The notes beneath the pieces are model-generated. The model was not told the DNA's origin. It did no database searches and saw nothing but the letters and a program-made list of their open reading frames with translations. The position numbers and the translations under genes were made by a program. 58,882 bases of DNA, taken from IMG/VR virus record IMGVR_UViG_3300020463_001991, positions 1 to 58,882 of that record. One strand, 5' to 3'. Source of the stretch: a virus. Its lineage: Duplodnaviria; Caudoviricetes. Every line of letters begins with the position of its first letter. The stretch's first letter is position 1. Of the stretch, positions 18,104-29,000 are shown piece by piece.

Positions 18104-18816
18104 TGCCCTACAAAAAAGTTATTGCAGTTGGTGACAGCTTCACTCGCGGTGATGAGCTGGCCAGTTGTCCAAAGCAATTACACGAATATTTGTTTCCGTT
18201 TCAATACAGCAACTCCACATGGTCTGCATTAATTGCAAAATTACGAGACTATGACTATGAGTGTTATGCACTGGGAGGTATAGGTAATCAATGGATAAGT
18301 TGGAAAATTGCAGATAAACTTGAACAAGATACGTTAGTCATAGTAAATTGGACATGGTTTGAAAGATTTGATTATATCGACACTGTCATTGATGTTTGGA
18401 AAACAACACATTCACGGCACGAGGACAAGTTAAATCATTATTTTTATCGTAATCTAGATAGTGATATTTGGAACTTGCATAGAAACTTGCAACAAATGCA
18501 CAGTGCTATTTCTTTACTTAAACAACATAATATAGATTTCATTATGACTTGTTTAGATAATAACTACTGTGCTGATTTTAGCACTATTAGACCACCAGGC
18601 TCTGAAGTATCCGCACATTGGAACAATTGTATAACAAATTTACAAGCACAAGTCGTACCTCACATTGTTGATTTTGAAGGTATAAGTTTTTTAGAATGGA
18701 GCAGGCATAATAATTTTGAATTTGGACCTAACGGACATCCACTGGAAAAAGCACATATAGAGGCCGCAAACTATATAAATATGGCTATAACAGAAGGAAA
18801 GATAAATGGACATTGA
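18103..18816 (+). CDS. SGNH/GDSL hydrolase-like protein
   Basis: N-terminal VGDSFTRG, then GIGN, and C-terminal GHP. Confidence 0.6.
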   Translation: MPYKKVIAVGDSFTRGDELASCPKQLHEYLFPFQYSNSTWSALIAKLRDYDYECYALGGIGNQWISWKIADKLEQDTLVIVNWTWFERFDYIDTVIDVWKTTHSRHEDKLNHYFYRNLDSDIWNLHRNLQQMHSAISLLKQHNIDFIMTCLDNNYCADFSTIRPPGSEVSAHWNNCITNLQAQVVPHIVDFEGISFLEWSRHNNFEFGPNGHPLEKAHIEAANYINMAITEGKINGH

Positions 18817-19258
18817 CAAACTTAGAGAAGAGATTGCATATGACGAAGGCTCAGTTAATAAAATATACCTCGACCATCTCGGGTTGCCTACTTTTGGCAT
18901 TGGTCATCTGGTTATTGATACTGATCCAGAATATGGACAACCGGTTGGAACACCTGTCTCAGAAGATCGATGCAATTCCGCATTCGACGAAGACGTTAAA
19001 ACAGTGCTTAACGACTGCACAATACTATATGACAACTTCGATGATTTGCCAGAAGAAGCTCAAAGAATAATTGCAAACATGATGTTCAACATGGGACGTC
19101 CAAGACTAAGCAAGTTTAAGGGAATGAAACGTGGTGTAGATGCACGTGATTGGAATGCAGCCGCAGATGAAATGGTTGATTCAAATTGGTATAGACAAGT
19201 AACAAAACGTGCAGATAGATTGGTTGCACGTATGAGAGCAATTGAAATAGACGACTAA
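18806..19258 (+). CDS. Endolysin, T4-lysozyme family (GH24)
   Basis: DEG...YLDHLGLPTFGIGHL, NMMFNMG, AADEMVDSNWYRQV...RA. Confidence 0.92.
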   Translation: MDIDKLREEIAYDEGSVNKIYLDHLGLPTFGIGHLVIDTDPEYGQPVGTPVSEDRCNSAFDEDVKTVLNDCTILYDNFDDLPEEAQRIIANMMFNMGRPRLSKFKGMKRGVDARDWNAAADEMVDSNWYRQVTKRADRLVARMRAIEIDD

Positions 19259-19629
19259 TGAGATTTTATGCAGTACTGATAATACTAGCAGTCATTGGCG
19301 GCTGCGGATATGGAGTGTATCTCTATTACAAAGATACACAACAACGTATTGCGACACTTAGAGAAAATGCAGTTAAACTAGAAACCAGTAACAAAAGCCT
19401 TACTGCTCAAATAGAGGCTATGAAACAAAATGCAGAAAAACAAGCAAAGTTATCAAAAGAACTAAAGTACAACTTGGAAAAAGCACGTGAAGCAAACACA
19501 GTGATCAAAGATTTATTAGCCAAAACGGACTTAGTAAAAAATAGTTTAGCAGATCCACTGGCATCAGAGAAACGAATAAATGAAAAAATTGATACCTTTT
19601 TTGGTTCTATTGAGTCTGCTACTAAGTAG
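19258..19629 (+). CDS. Putative i-spanin (Rz-like)
   Basis: N-terminal transmembrane helix plus long coiled coil, directly after the endolysin. Confidence 0.7.
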   Translation: MRFYAVLIILAVIGGCGYGVYLYYKDTQQRIATLRENAVKLETSNKSLTAQIEAMKQNAEKQAKLSKELKYNLEKAREANTVIKDLLAKTDLVKNSLADPLASEKRINEKIDTFFGSIESATK

Positions 19630-19951
19630 TTGCTCGTTAATACCAGAAAAAGAAATTATAACAAAAGTTGAAATATACAAGCCCACAATTGACATTGTAG
19701 AAAGGCCTGCACAACTTACTTTGAAAGACGCAAACATTGTTGTAATAACAGAGAAGAATCTCAAAGAAGTAATTACACGTGTTAAAGCCGCCCAAGGTAC
19801 ATTTGTGGTGTATGCTCTTGACCCAAAGAGTTTTGAAGCACTTGCAATCAATATGGAAGAAATCAAGTTGTATATTGAATCCCAAAATAAAATTATTCTG
19901 TACTATGAAAAATCTGTTGCAGAAGAACTTGACAAAAACACAAAAAAATAG
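19580..19951 (+). CDS. Putative o-spanin lipoprotein (Rz1-like)
   Basis: Signal peptide with lipobox LLSSC; overlaps the i-spanin 3' end by 50 nt. Confidence 0.7.
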   Translation: MKKLIPFLVLLSLLLSSCSLIPEKEIITKVEIYKPTIDIVERPAQLTLKDANIVVITEKNLKEVITRVKAAQGTFVVYALDPKSFEALAINMEEIKLYIESQNKIILYYEKSVAEELDKNTKK

Positions 19952-19957
19952 TATACT
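19929..19957 (+). promoter_or_regulatory. sigma70-type promoter
   Basis: TTGACA-N17-TATACT only 5 nt before the dnaJ-like ATG (near-leaderless). Confidence 0.65.
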
Positions 19958-19962
19958 AAAGT

Positions 19963-20733
19963 ATGAATCCTTACTCTACATTAGGTGTTGCAAAGAATGC
20001 AACCGCTGATACTATTAAACGAGCTTATAAAGAAAAAGCCAAAGAGCATCATCCTGACCGTGGTGGTGATACTAACAAGTTTGCAGAGATTAGCAATGCA
20101 TATGATATACTAAAAGATCCCGATAAACGTGCTTACTTTGATCATACCGGAAGTACACAACCACAAAATCATGGCTTCAGTCAACAACAAGGTTTTAATT
20201 TTAACGATATCTTTTCGCAAATGTTTAGGCAACAGCAACAACGTCAAGCAGAAGCACGTATTAATATGAGCATAAGTCTACGAGACAGTCTAGCAGGTGG
20301 CAAACGTATAATTGGTGTTAACACCCCACAAGGAACTAGTAGTGTAGAAATAGACATTCCACGTGGTATTGTGCATGGAGAAAGTATACGATATGCAAAA
20401 GCAGCTCCTGGCGGTATAGACTTAATTGTAAATTTTAGAATAAAGGGCGATACAAAATGGCAACGTAATGGCCTAGATATGCATACTGAGGAATCAGTTG
20501 ATTTTTGGACACTGATACTAGGAGGAGATATAAAAGTCACAGATGTACTGGGCAAAAGATATGATGTGCGTATACCACCACGTACTGCTCCAGGCATTAC
20601 TATACGTCTGGGTAGTGCGGGTGTTTTTAGAGATAGGCACAATCCAGGAGATATTTTTGTTAAAATTAATGCAAAAATGCCACACGATATACCTGAGGAA
20701 GTAATTGCCACCATCAAGAAATACCAGCAATAA
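19963..20733 (+). CDS. DnaJ/CbpA-like co-chaperone (J-domain plus C-terminal domain, no Zn finger)
   Basis: NPYSTLGV...HHPDRGG J-domain, G/F-Q linker, DnaJ_C-like region. Confidence 0.9.
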   Translation: MNPYSTLGVAKNATADTIKRAYKEKAKEHHPDRGGDTNKFAEISNAYDILKDPDKRAYFDHTGSTQPQNHGFSQQQGFNFNDIFSQMFRQQQQRQAEARINMSISLRDSLAGGKRIIGVNTPQGTSSVEIDIPRGIVHGESIRYAKAAPGGIDLIVNFRIKGDTKWQRNGLDMHTEESVDFWTLILGGDIKVTDVLGKRYDVRIPPRTAPGITIRLGSAGVFRDRHNPGDIFVKINAKMPHDIPEEVIATIKKYQQ

Positions 20734-20753
20734 ATAAATGTATAAGGAGACAC

Positions 20754-23063
20754 ATGCCAAATAATCCTGAAATCGAAAGCATATTAGAACAAGCATCAAA
20801 GTTAGCAGTGAGTAAAAACCACGAATACATTACACTTGAACATGTGATGTTAGCACTTGTTAAGCATAAACGTTTTTGGCGTTGTTTAGAGCAATTTGGC
20901 ACTTCGCCAGAAGCAATACAACAAGACCTTACACTGTATCTCGATAGCCAGGCAGTGCTTGTTTCTGCAAAAGGAAAAGTTAGAGATCCACGTAAAACAA
21001 ATGCACTAGAAAGAGTTTTTAATAGAGCTTTAACGCAGGTTATGTTTGGCGGAAGAAGATCAATGAGTACCATTGACATATGGCTTGCAATAATGGCCGA
21101 AACAAATAGTTATGCAAGTTATTTTATGTTAAAGCATGGCGTAACCAAACAAGAATTTGTTACACATTGGCAACAAACTTATGAAATAAAAAGTACACAA
21201 GGCATGCCAATTGAACATGCAAATGAAATCCTAGACGAACATTGTATTAACATAAGCCAACTAGCAAAAGATGACCAACTGGAGCCTGTAATAGGCAGAG
21301 AGACTGAACTTGAAGAAATTGTGACTGTATTAGCAAAACGTTTTAAAAGCAATGTACTGATGGTTGGCGATCCAGGTGTAGGTAAAACTGCTATTGCAGA
21401 AGGACTGGCCACACGTATCAAAGAAAATACTGTACCAAAATTTATAAAAAACTTTGAAGTATGGGGACTAGAAATAGGCAGTTTACTTGCAGGTTCAAAG
21501 TATAGAGGAGAGTTTGAAGAGAAACTCAAAGATGTAATTACTGCGTTAGAATCAAAAAAGAATTGTATTCTGTTTATTGATGAAGCACATACCATGAAGG
21601 GTGCAGGTGCAACTGGCGGAAGCAGTTTAGACTTTGCTAACATGATAAAACCAGCAATTACAAAAGGACACTTGAAAGTAATAGCCAGCACAACATGGGA
21701 GGAGTTCTACGAGAGCTTTGAAAAAGACCGTGCATTAATGCGTAGATTTTACAGAGTCAGTATTGATGAACCCAACAAAAGTACAACAATAAAAATATTA
21801 CACGGACTTAAGCCGCGTTTGGAGAAGTTTCATGGTGTTCAAATTGCAGAAAATGCTATTGTAAAAGCAGTTGATATGGCTACTCGATATATGAGTGATA
21901 AGAAAAATCCAGATAAAAGCATTGATCTAATTGATGCGGCATGTGCAGTAGAACGTATCAAAGATAAAGCAGGATTGGTTGTTGACGCAGAACTTGTAGA
22001 TATCCAAGTGGCCCGTATTGCTAACATACCTGAAACAAAAGTAACTAGCGATGTTAGCGAAAAAGTTAAAGAACTTGATAGCAACATTAAACAAAAATTA
22101 TTTGGACAAGATGCAGTAGTTGATCAAGTACTAGAAAGACTTTATGTAAACTACGCAGGAATAAGCACACCAAATCGTCCAATGGGTGCATTTTTGTTTT
22201 TAGGACCTACTGGAACAGGAAAAACTGAGTTTGCAAAATTGTTAGGAGCAAATCTTGATATGCATCTATTAAGATACGACATGAGCGAATACCAAGACAA
22301 GCATACTGTCAGTAGCCTACTTGGAGCTCCTCCTGGATTTGTTGGCTATGATGATAGTAATCTCGGCGGTGGTAAACTTATATCAGATTTATCAAAAAAT
22401 CCATATAGTGTATTGTTGTTTGACGAAGTAGAAAAAGCACACCCTGATCTAAGCAACATATTTTTACAAATGATGGATGAAGGCACTGTCACAGGTTCAA
22501 ATGGTAAAACTGTTGATGTAAAAAATTGCGTAATTATTTTAACATCAAATCTTGGAGCCAGAGACAACGAAAACAATAGCATAGGTTTTGGACAAGAACT
22601 TACAAAAACTGGATCTGAAGACAAAGCAGTAAAAGACTTCTTCAAACCAGAACTACGTAACAGGCTTGATCTAACTGTAAAATTTAAAACACTTGAGCCA
22701 ATAGCAATCAAAAAAATTGTTGCTAAATTTATAAATGAATTACGTATAAGTTTACAAAATAAGAATATAAACATTATTATTACTGAACCATTGGTTGATC
22801 ATTTAGTCGAAGTAGGATATGATCCAAAGATGGGAGCAAGGCCATTGGGACGTAAGATTGATGAACTTATTAAAGTGCCATTGAGTAAGAAGATACTGTT
22901 TGAAAAATTAGAGAACTGTCATTTAACATGTGACTTGTTTATCAAAGGTAAGAAACGTAGAGTAAGTTTTAAGTCGCAACCAAAAACCACAGTAAGTGGT
23001 GGTGAAGTTGATGCAAATGGTATTGTTATAGTAAACGAGACAACACTAGAAAGCGATAAATAA
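20754..23063 (+). CDS. clpA: ATP-dependent Clp protease ATP-binding subunit ClpA
   Basis: Clp_N domain; two AAA modules (GDPGVGKT/FIDEAH and GPTGTGKT/FDEVEKAH); IGF loop; GARPL; no ClpB middle domain. Confidence 0.93.
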   Translation: MPNNPEIESILEQASKLAVSKNHEYITLEHVMLALVKHKRFWRCLEQFGTSPEAIQQDLTLYLDSQAVLVSAKGKVRDPRKTNALERVFNRALTQVMFGGRRSMSTIDIWLAIMAETNSYASYFMLKHGVTKQEFVTHWQQTYEIKSTQGMPIEHANEILDEHCINISQLAKDDQLEPVIGRETELEEIVTVLAKRFKSNVLMVGDPGVGKTAIAEGLATRIKENTVPKFIKNFEVWGLEIGSLLAGSKYRGEFEEKLKDVITALESKKNCILFIDEAHTMKGAGATGGSSLDFANMIKPAITKGHLKVIASTTWEEFYESFEKDRALMRRFYRVSIDEPNKSTTIKILHGLKPRLEKFHGVQIAENAIVKAVDMATRYMSDKKNPDKSIDLIDAACAVERIKDKAGLVVDAELVDIQVARIANIPETKVTSDVSEKVKELDSNIKQKLFGQDAVVDQVLERLYVNYAGISTPNRPMGAFLFLGPTGTGKTEFAKLLGANLDMHLLRYDMSEYQDKHTVSSLLGAPPGFVGYDDSNLGGGKLISDLSKNPYSVLLFDEVEKAHPDLSNIFLQMMDEGTVTGSNGKTVDVKNCVIILTSNLGARDNENNSIGFGQELTKTGSEDKAVKDFFKPELRNRLDLTVKFKTLEPIAIKKIVAKFINELRISLQNKNINIIITEPLVDHLVEVGYDPKMGARPLGRKIDELIKVPLSKKILFEKLENCHLTCDLFIKGKKRRVSFKSQPKTTVSGGEVDANGIVIVNETTLESDK

Positions 23064-23067
23064 CAGC

Positions 23068-23247
23068 ATGGCAAAGATAAACACAACATCAATTACAATA
23101 ACACTTAGCGAACTGGTACGTGACGATGCTCCTGCGAGAGAGATACTTAGTGCTGATACAATTTCACAGTTAGAAGCAGTAATTACGCAACTAGCAACTG
23201 AAGGCGGAAGTGCAAACGTTCTTGTTGAATTAACAAAAGCAGAGTAA
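23068..23247 (+). CDS. Small hypothetical protein (59 aa, MAKINTTSITITLSELVRDD...)
   Basis: Open frame filling the gap exactly, after TAAATA at 23057; just below the ORF-track cutoff. Confidence 0.7.
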   Translation: MAKINTTSITITLSELVRDDAPAREILSADTISQLEAVITQLATEGGSANVLVELTKAE

Positions 23248-23248
23248 C

Positions 23249-23650
23249 ATGAAGTCAAGCAGTCTTGTACTAATAGCGGAAACCGCATTTGCGGCTGGTA
23301 CTACAACTGTTACTGGCACCAGACAAAAAGGTGTGGGCTATTACAACGGCCAAGGCAACGGACAAAACATCAGATTTATTGCAGACGACTTTCCTGGAAT
23401 AGTAACTGTACAAGCAAGTTTAGATACAGATCCAAAAACAGCTAATAGTTATCCAGAAGAATATCCTACTGGACTTATTGAAGCTGACTGGTTTGATGTT
23501 TATACATTTCCTGGAGACAGTGCAGTAGACGGATCAACTGCTATTACAACAGACTATAGTATATACTTGCCTGGTAAGTACACATGGGTAAGAGCTATTG
23601 TATCACAGTTTACAAGTGGCAAAATTGGCCCGATAACAATGAGCTACTAG
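23249..23650 (+). CDS. Hypothetical (possibly virion) protein
   Basis: 133 aa, beta-rich (GIVTVQASL..DP, GKYTWVRA). Confidence 0.6.
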   Translation: MKSSSLVLIAETAFAAGTTTVTGTRQKGVGYYNGQGNGQNIRFIADDFPGIVTVQASLDTDPKTANSYPEEYPTGLIEADWFDVYTFPGDSAVDGSTAITTDYSIYLPGKYTWVRAIVSQFTSGKIGPITMSY

Positions 23651-23659
23651 GAAAGACAA

Positions 23660-25006
23660 ATGGCACTAAAAAAGTTAGTAATTATACCCGGAGGCTTTCA
23701 TCCGTTTCATGCAGGACACAAAGCATTGTATGATGCAGCCGTTGCACAGTTTCCTAAGGCAGATGTATTCATTGCCGCAACAGATGACAAAAGCAATAGA
23801 CCATTTCCTTTCAAATTAAAGAAAACACTTGCAGGCATAGCAGGCATACCAGCACACAGATTTGTACAAGTAAAATCACCGTTTCAACCAAAAGAAATAA
23901 CTGGTTTATACAATCCAGATGAAACACAACTGATTTTTGTACGTTCAGATAAAGACTCTGGTGTAACTCCGTTACCGGGTGGCTTTAAAAAAGATGGAAG
24001 TGCTAGTTACTTGCAACCATTGAAAAGACAAAAGCCAGAGCCAATGACACAACATGGCTTTATGACTTATCTACCAACTGTACAGTTTGGTCCGGGAATG
24101 ACCAGTGCTACAGAGATACGTGGCAAGTGGCCTGGAATGTCACCAGAAGAAAAAGAAGATCTTATTGTTAATCTATATCCAATGAATTCAAAGCCAATGA
24201 TAAGCAAGGCTGTTGAAATATTTAACAATGTACTGGCAGAAGAAAAACACACTATATCAATGCCAATGGGGTCAATTAAAAAAGCAATAGAAGAAGCAGA
24301 TAAAAAGTGCGGTCCAGGAGAATACTATTGCAGAATGAGTAAAAAATGTAAGCCGATTCCGAAAGGTTACCATGTAATGCCAGATGGCGAACTAATGAAA
24401 GATGCAGAGCACAAAGTTAAAGAAACACGTATTATTAACAAAGGCGACGAAGTTTCAATCTTACCAGCAGGCGGCATGGGTTCACACAGCGAAGCAAGTT
24501 TAAAAAGTAACCTTGGAGACAAACTGCGTACACTTGCTGATATGCTTGAAGACGAGAACTATGACAATCTCGAGTATGTGATTTACAAATCAGGTGCAAT
24601 GGAGTCACTGGTTGGTGCACTTAGACAGTATCAAAGTTTTAAAAACAAACGTGGTAAACGTCCAATTAAAAAAGATGTTGAGATCGATATATCCAACGAA
24701 GACTACTTGCCAGAAGATGAAACACTACAAGAGTACGTATATCAATCACGTCCATTGAGAGTACTTGACAATATTGCCAGTCGTAATGATGTGCAAAAAT
24801 TTCCTATCAAGTTTGATGATGGCACTGAAGTAGAAGTTACTCCAAAAATGGCAAAAAAGTTTATGAACATATATTTGCGTAAAGATATTGATACACAAAA
24901 ACTAATTGATAAGAAAATTAGCCGCAAAGAAGTATTTGTAAAAACATTCAATGCCTTAATAAAAGGTATTCCTACTACCGGTTTAACTACCGGCGACATA
25001 CGATAA
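23660..25006 (+). CDS. Cytidyltransferase-like (HxGH) nucleotidyltransferase fused to additional small modules
   Basis: IPGGFHPFHAGH and SATEIR; C-terminal 250 aa of unrelated short modules. Confidence 0.75.
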   Translation: MALKKLVIIPGGFHPFHAGHKALYDAAVAQFPKADVFIAATDDKSNRPFPFKLKKTLAGIAGIPAHRFVQVKSPFQPKEITGLYNPDETQLIFVRSDKDSGVTPLPGGFKKDGSASYLQPLKRQKPEPMTQHGFMTYLPTVQFGPGMTSATEIRGKWPGMSPEEKEDLIVNLYPMNSKPMISKAVEIFNNVLAEEKHTISMPMGSIKKAIEEADKKCGPGEYYCRMSKKCKPIPKGYHVMPDGELMKDAEHKVKETRIINKGDEVSILPAGGMGSHSEASLKSNLGDKLRTLADMLEDENYDNLEYVIYKSGAMESLVGALRQYQSFKNKRGKRPIKKDVEIDISNEDYLPEDETLQEYVYQSRPLRVLDNIASRNDVQKFPIKFDDGTEVEVTPKMAKKFMNIYLRKDIDTQKLIDKKISRKEVFVKTFNALIKGIPTTGLTTGDIR

Positions 25007-25064
25007 ATTCACACCACTACAGATTAATCATTAAATACGTATATAATTGACACGTGAGGAACCT

Positions 25065-26009
25065 ATGGTTGATCCAATAAAAACTACTGGCGAAATAGTC
25101 AACAAAAATGATGTGCAAGACGACCCAGCAGAAGATCCAAACAAGATTCAAGTAAACATTGATGAACTGAAAAAAACCAAAGTGCATATTTGTATGCCTT
25201 GTTACGGTGGTATGTTACATGAATCTACCTTTATGAGTTATATACGATGGTCAAACACTGCACGACAACTTGGCATTGACTACACAGTAGAAACACTCAC
25301 AAATGAAAGTTTAATATCACGTGCAAGAAATACAATGGTTGCTAAGTTTTTAAACAACAAAGAGTCCACACACCTTATGTTTATAGATAGTGATATAGGT
25401 TGGGAGCCGTGGCACTTATTGTTATTGTTGCACCACGACAAAGATGTAATTGGCGGTATGTACCCCCTTAAGGGCTTGCCAGTAAAATGGTGCATAAATG
25501 CAGTAGAAAATGGCGAAGAAGAAGACGCAGGTAGACTAATCGAAGTTTCAAAAACCGGCACAGGTTTCATGCTGATCAAACGTGATGTGTTTGCTAAACT
25601 AGTTGATCATCCAGCCACTGTGCCATTTACAAATGACATTGGGTTACCCGAAGAACTAAACAAAGACATGCGTACATTCTTTGACACAGATGTCCGCGAA
25701 GGCCGTTACTATTCAGAAGACTGGACATTTTGTGAAAACTGGAGAGACCTAGGTGGTAAAGTATGGGTTGACAAACGTATATTATTAAAGCACACAGGAA
25801 CATACACATATGATGCGGTCGGTCAAGATGCAACCTATAGAGCACTACATGAAGAATTAAAAGATACTGCACCTGTACAAGTTGATCCAGAACAAGGCAA
25901 AATAGAACAAGGCACTATTCCACAACAACAAGCAGATCTTCCACCAGAACGCAGAAGTGCAAAGGTACTTGCTAAGACGGCAGGCAAACGCAAGAAGAAA
26001 GCAAGTTAG
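25065..26009 (+). CDS. GT-A fold glycosyltransferase-like protein
   Basis: CMPCYGG, ESLISRARN, THLMFIDSDIGW (DxD), GTGFMLIKR, SEDWTFC. Confidence 0.75.
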   Translation: MVDPIKTTGEIVNKNDVQDDPAEDPNKIQVNIDELKKTKVHICMPCYGGMLHESTFMSYIRWSNTARQLGIDYTVETLTNESLISRARNTMVAKFLNNKESTHLMFIDSDIGWEPWHLLLLLHHDKDVIGGMYPLKGLPVKWCINAVENGEEEDAGRLIEVSKTGTGFMLIKRDVFAKLVDHPATVPFTNDIGLPEELNKDMRTFFDTDVREGRYYSEDWTFCENWRDLGGKVWVDKRILLKHTGTYTYDAVGQDATYRALHEELKDTAPVQVDPEQGKIEQGTIPQQQADLPPERRSAKVLAKTAGKRKKKAS

Positions 26010-26029
26010 CATCTGATAAATACGATGTT

Positions 26030-29000
26030 ATGAAAGCAACCTGGTTTGAAAATAAAGAATTAATAACACTATACACTGACGATAGATACTTTGGTGCAGA
26101 TGTACCTGACAGTTATCAAAAACGTCCTAGCAAACCTGTGCCTGTTGACAGTCTGTTTGGCTATGAGCCTGCAAGTAAGATGGACGACATACATCACAAA
26201 GATAGTATGCTGAAAATTGCACTGCAAATGAAAGCAGGCACTTGGGATGGCCCACCTATTGTTGTACGCAAAGATCCTAAAGGGTATCAAGTATTAGATG
26301 GACATCACAGAATGCATGCGGCTCGTAAAGCAGGCATAGACACACTTGATGCAGTGATAGTAGATAGAGAAGACATCGAATACTCAGATGAAGTCAAAGA
26401 ACAACAAGCAAACGAAAGTTATAGTGCCAACGAGGTTGATGCCCTTTATGCAGAATGGGATCATGAATACCCTGTAGAATATGCAGAATTTTTAGGTAAA
26501 ACATTTGGTTCGCCAGACGAACTAACTAAAGAACAAGCAGTTTGGCATAACAAAGACGGATTCAAAAGAATTGTTGTAAGAGATGAATACATATTGCATG
26601 GCTCACCAGCACCACACTATGACTTTGTGTACTGTTACATTGACTTAGAAGTGCCAGAAGAACTTAGTGATGAACTTGCAGAATGTTCGGGTAGTATATT
26701 AATCGACCATCTAAAAAATACAGTTGGTGCTAGATGCGGAAGTTTAACTGCAAACGCAACAACATTAAATTTTGTTTTAGATGTCGTCGCAGGCAGAGTA
26801 GAGCCAACAAAAGAAGAATATGAAAAACGTATTTTAGACATGAAAGATATGTTTGCCCAAGATGAAATGTACGAATTGGATTGGTGGGAAGATAATGCCG
26901 GAGATGCAGATCCAGATAATCCTTTTTATGCTGAAGATTTAAAGGAAGCCTCAGGTTACATACCAACTGCCGCACAAGCAAACGATCCAAGATTTAAAAC
27001 TGCACTCACTGTTGATGTACGTCCAGGTGAAGACCAACGCAACATAGAAAAACTTGGTTTGAATCTTAACATGGATCTAGTAAACAAAACCAAGCCAGGC
27101 AAAAAACGTAAGAAAAAAACATTAGCCGAAAGCCTGATGGAAAAGTATCAAGTTTTCAAGGAAGAAGACCTAGTTGAAGTTGATATGTCAAGCAGTGCTT
27201 TACGCAGTTGGGCAAAAAGTGAAATGGCACAAGGCGTAAATGCTGGCTTTGAATTAGAACTTATATTTGCAAATACCGAACGTGACGAAGACGAATACTC
27301 TGACGAAGCAAACATGGACTATGACGAACCAATTGGCAACCTAGATGACATTATCACATTCTACGATGGTGATAATTATGCTTGGGAAAGTATGCAACCA
27401 GTAGACGACGATCGATTTCGGGAAGTAGTGCTTGATGACCTTATGGAATATCAAAGCGAACAATTTTTTGATTGGTGGAACGACAATGGTGAGGAAATGG
27501 TCCGCGATGAGATGGAAAGAGAATTTGATAGAAAACCAACCGACGAAGAGTTTGAAGAAGAGTTTGAAAACGAAGGAGAGCTATTTACACGTGTACGTGA
27601 GGACGAAGAAGACAAGCACCGAGACGATATAACTTGGGCTCAATTTTGGGAAGCACACCAGGTAGAAGCAATGAGCGATCTCCTACTTAAATACGATCTA
27701 GTTTGGCCTTATCAAACGGGTAGCATGGGCGGTAGTCTACCTGTTGACAGTTGGGCAGAACAAATTGCAGAAATAACTGGCAAGGGTGTAAATGTAAGTG
27801 CTACATATCACGGCAGTGATAAAGTAGCGGGCAAGTATACTATTGAACCAGACAGTAGTTTAACTGCCGACGAAGGGCCAGACAGTGGTTACGAATTGGT
27901 ATCACCAGTAATGCCTCTTGATGAAGCACTGGATCAACTAGGAAAACTATTTGATTACATCGAAGAACAAGATGGAGATATCTACACAAACGATAGCACC
28001 GGACTACACATGAACATAAGTGTACCGCAAGGCAACGACATAGACTATACAAAACTTGTGCTATTCTCAGGTGACAAGTACATACTTGACAAATACAACA
28101 GGCTCAGCAACAACTATGCAGACAGTGCATTAGGACAGTTGGAAGCTCGTGCTGGTCAGATGGATGCTAATCGTGCGGCCGAAGCTATGCAAAAAATGAA
28201 AGACAACTTAGAAGACACCGCTGAAGAATATGTACGTGCTGGTACTGGACAAGCAAAGTACACAAGCATACACATCAAAGATGGATATATTGAATTCCGT
28301 GGTCCAGGTGGTAGATATACTGATAAAAGTTTTGGCGAAACTATGAATACAATGTTGAGGTTTGCACGAGCAATGACCATAGCAGCCGATCCACAAGCGT
28401 ACAGGCAAGAGTACCAAAAGAAATTGTATAAGACTCTGAGTAAAGGCGGACAACAAGAACGTACTATAGATACCCTGTTTGCTGACTTTCAATCAGGTGA
28501 CATCAACAAAGAAGTATTTAAAAAACGTTGGGCCAATCTTGTTGTCAAACAGCAACAGGATCAAGCAATACTAAACAAACTTGATGACCGTCCAGACGAT
28601 AAACGTTTGGCAAAAGCAAAACAGTTACAGAAGGATCTTGGTGGGCCACAGAAGCCATGGAAGTACTCTATACAGTACAAAAGAGAAAATGGCACGGTGG
28701 ACACAACGTACGGTAAAGTAAAAGCATCCACTGCTCAACTAGCAACACAGGCTGCAGTGCAAAATGCACTTGACAGGTTTGATAATCCACAGTTTAAAAC
28801 TTCTACACCAGATTTCAACACATTAAAAGTAGAGATTGATCTTCCTGATGCACAAAACTTTAGATACAGAGTGCCTTATACAAAAGGAGATGGTGGCATA
28901 TACCACTATGAGGGCGACATTAGAGCAGAGGATGCTGATAAGGCAAGAGACCAAGTGATTAACGCCGCAAAAGGATATTTTGTAATGAATCCGCAATTTA

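Noticed and set aside
18806-19951. Lysis cassette as a novelty
   Set aside because: An endolysin with overlapping two-component spanins is ordinary. A holin elsewhere in the genome is normal for T4-like phages.
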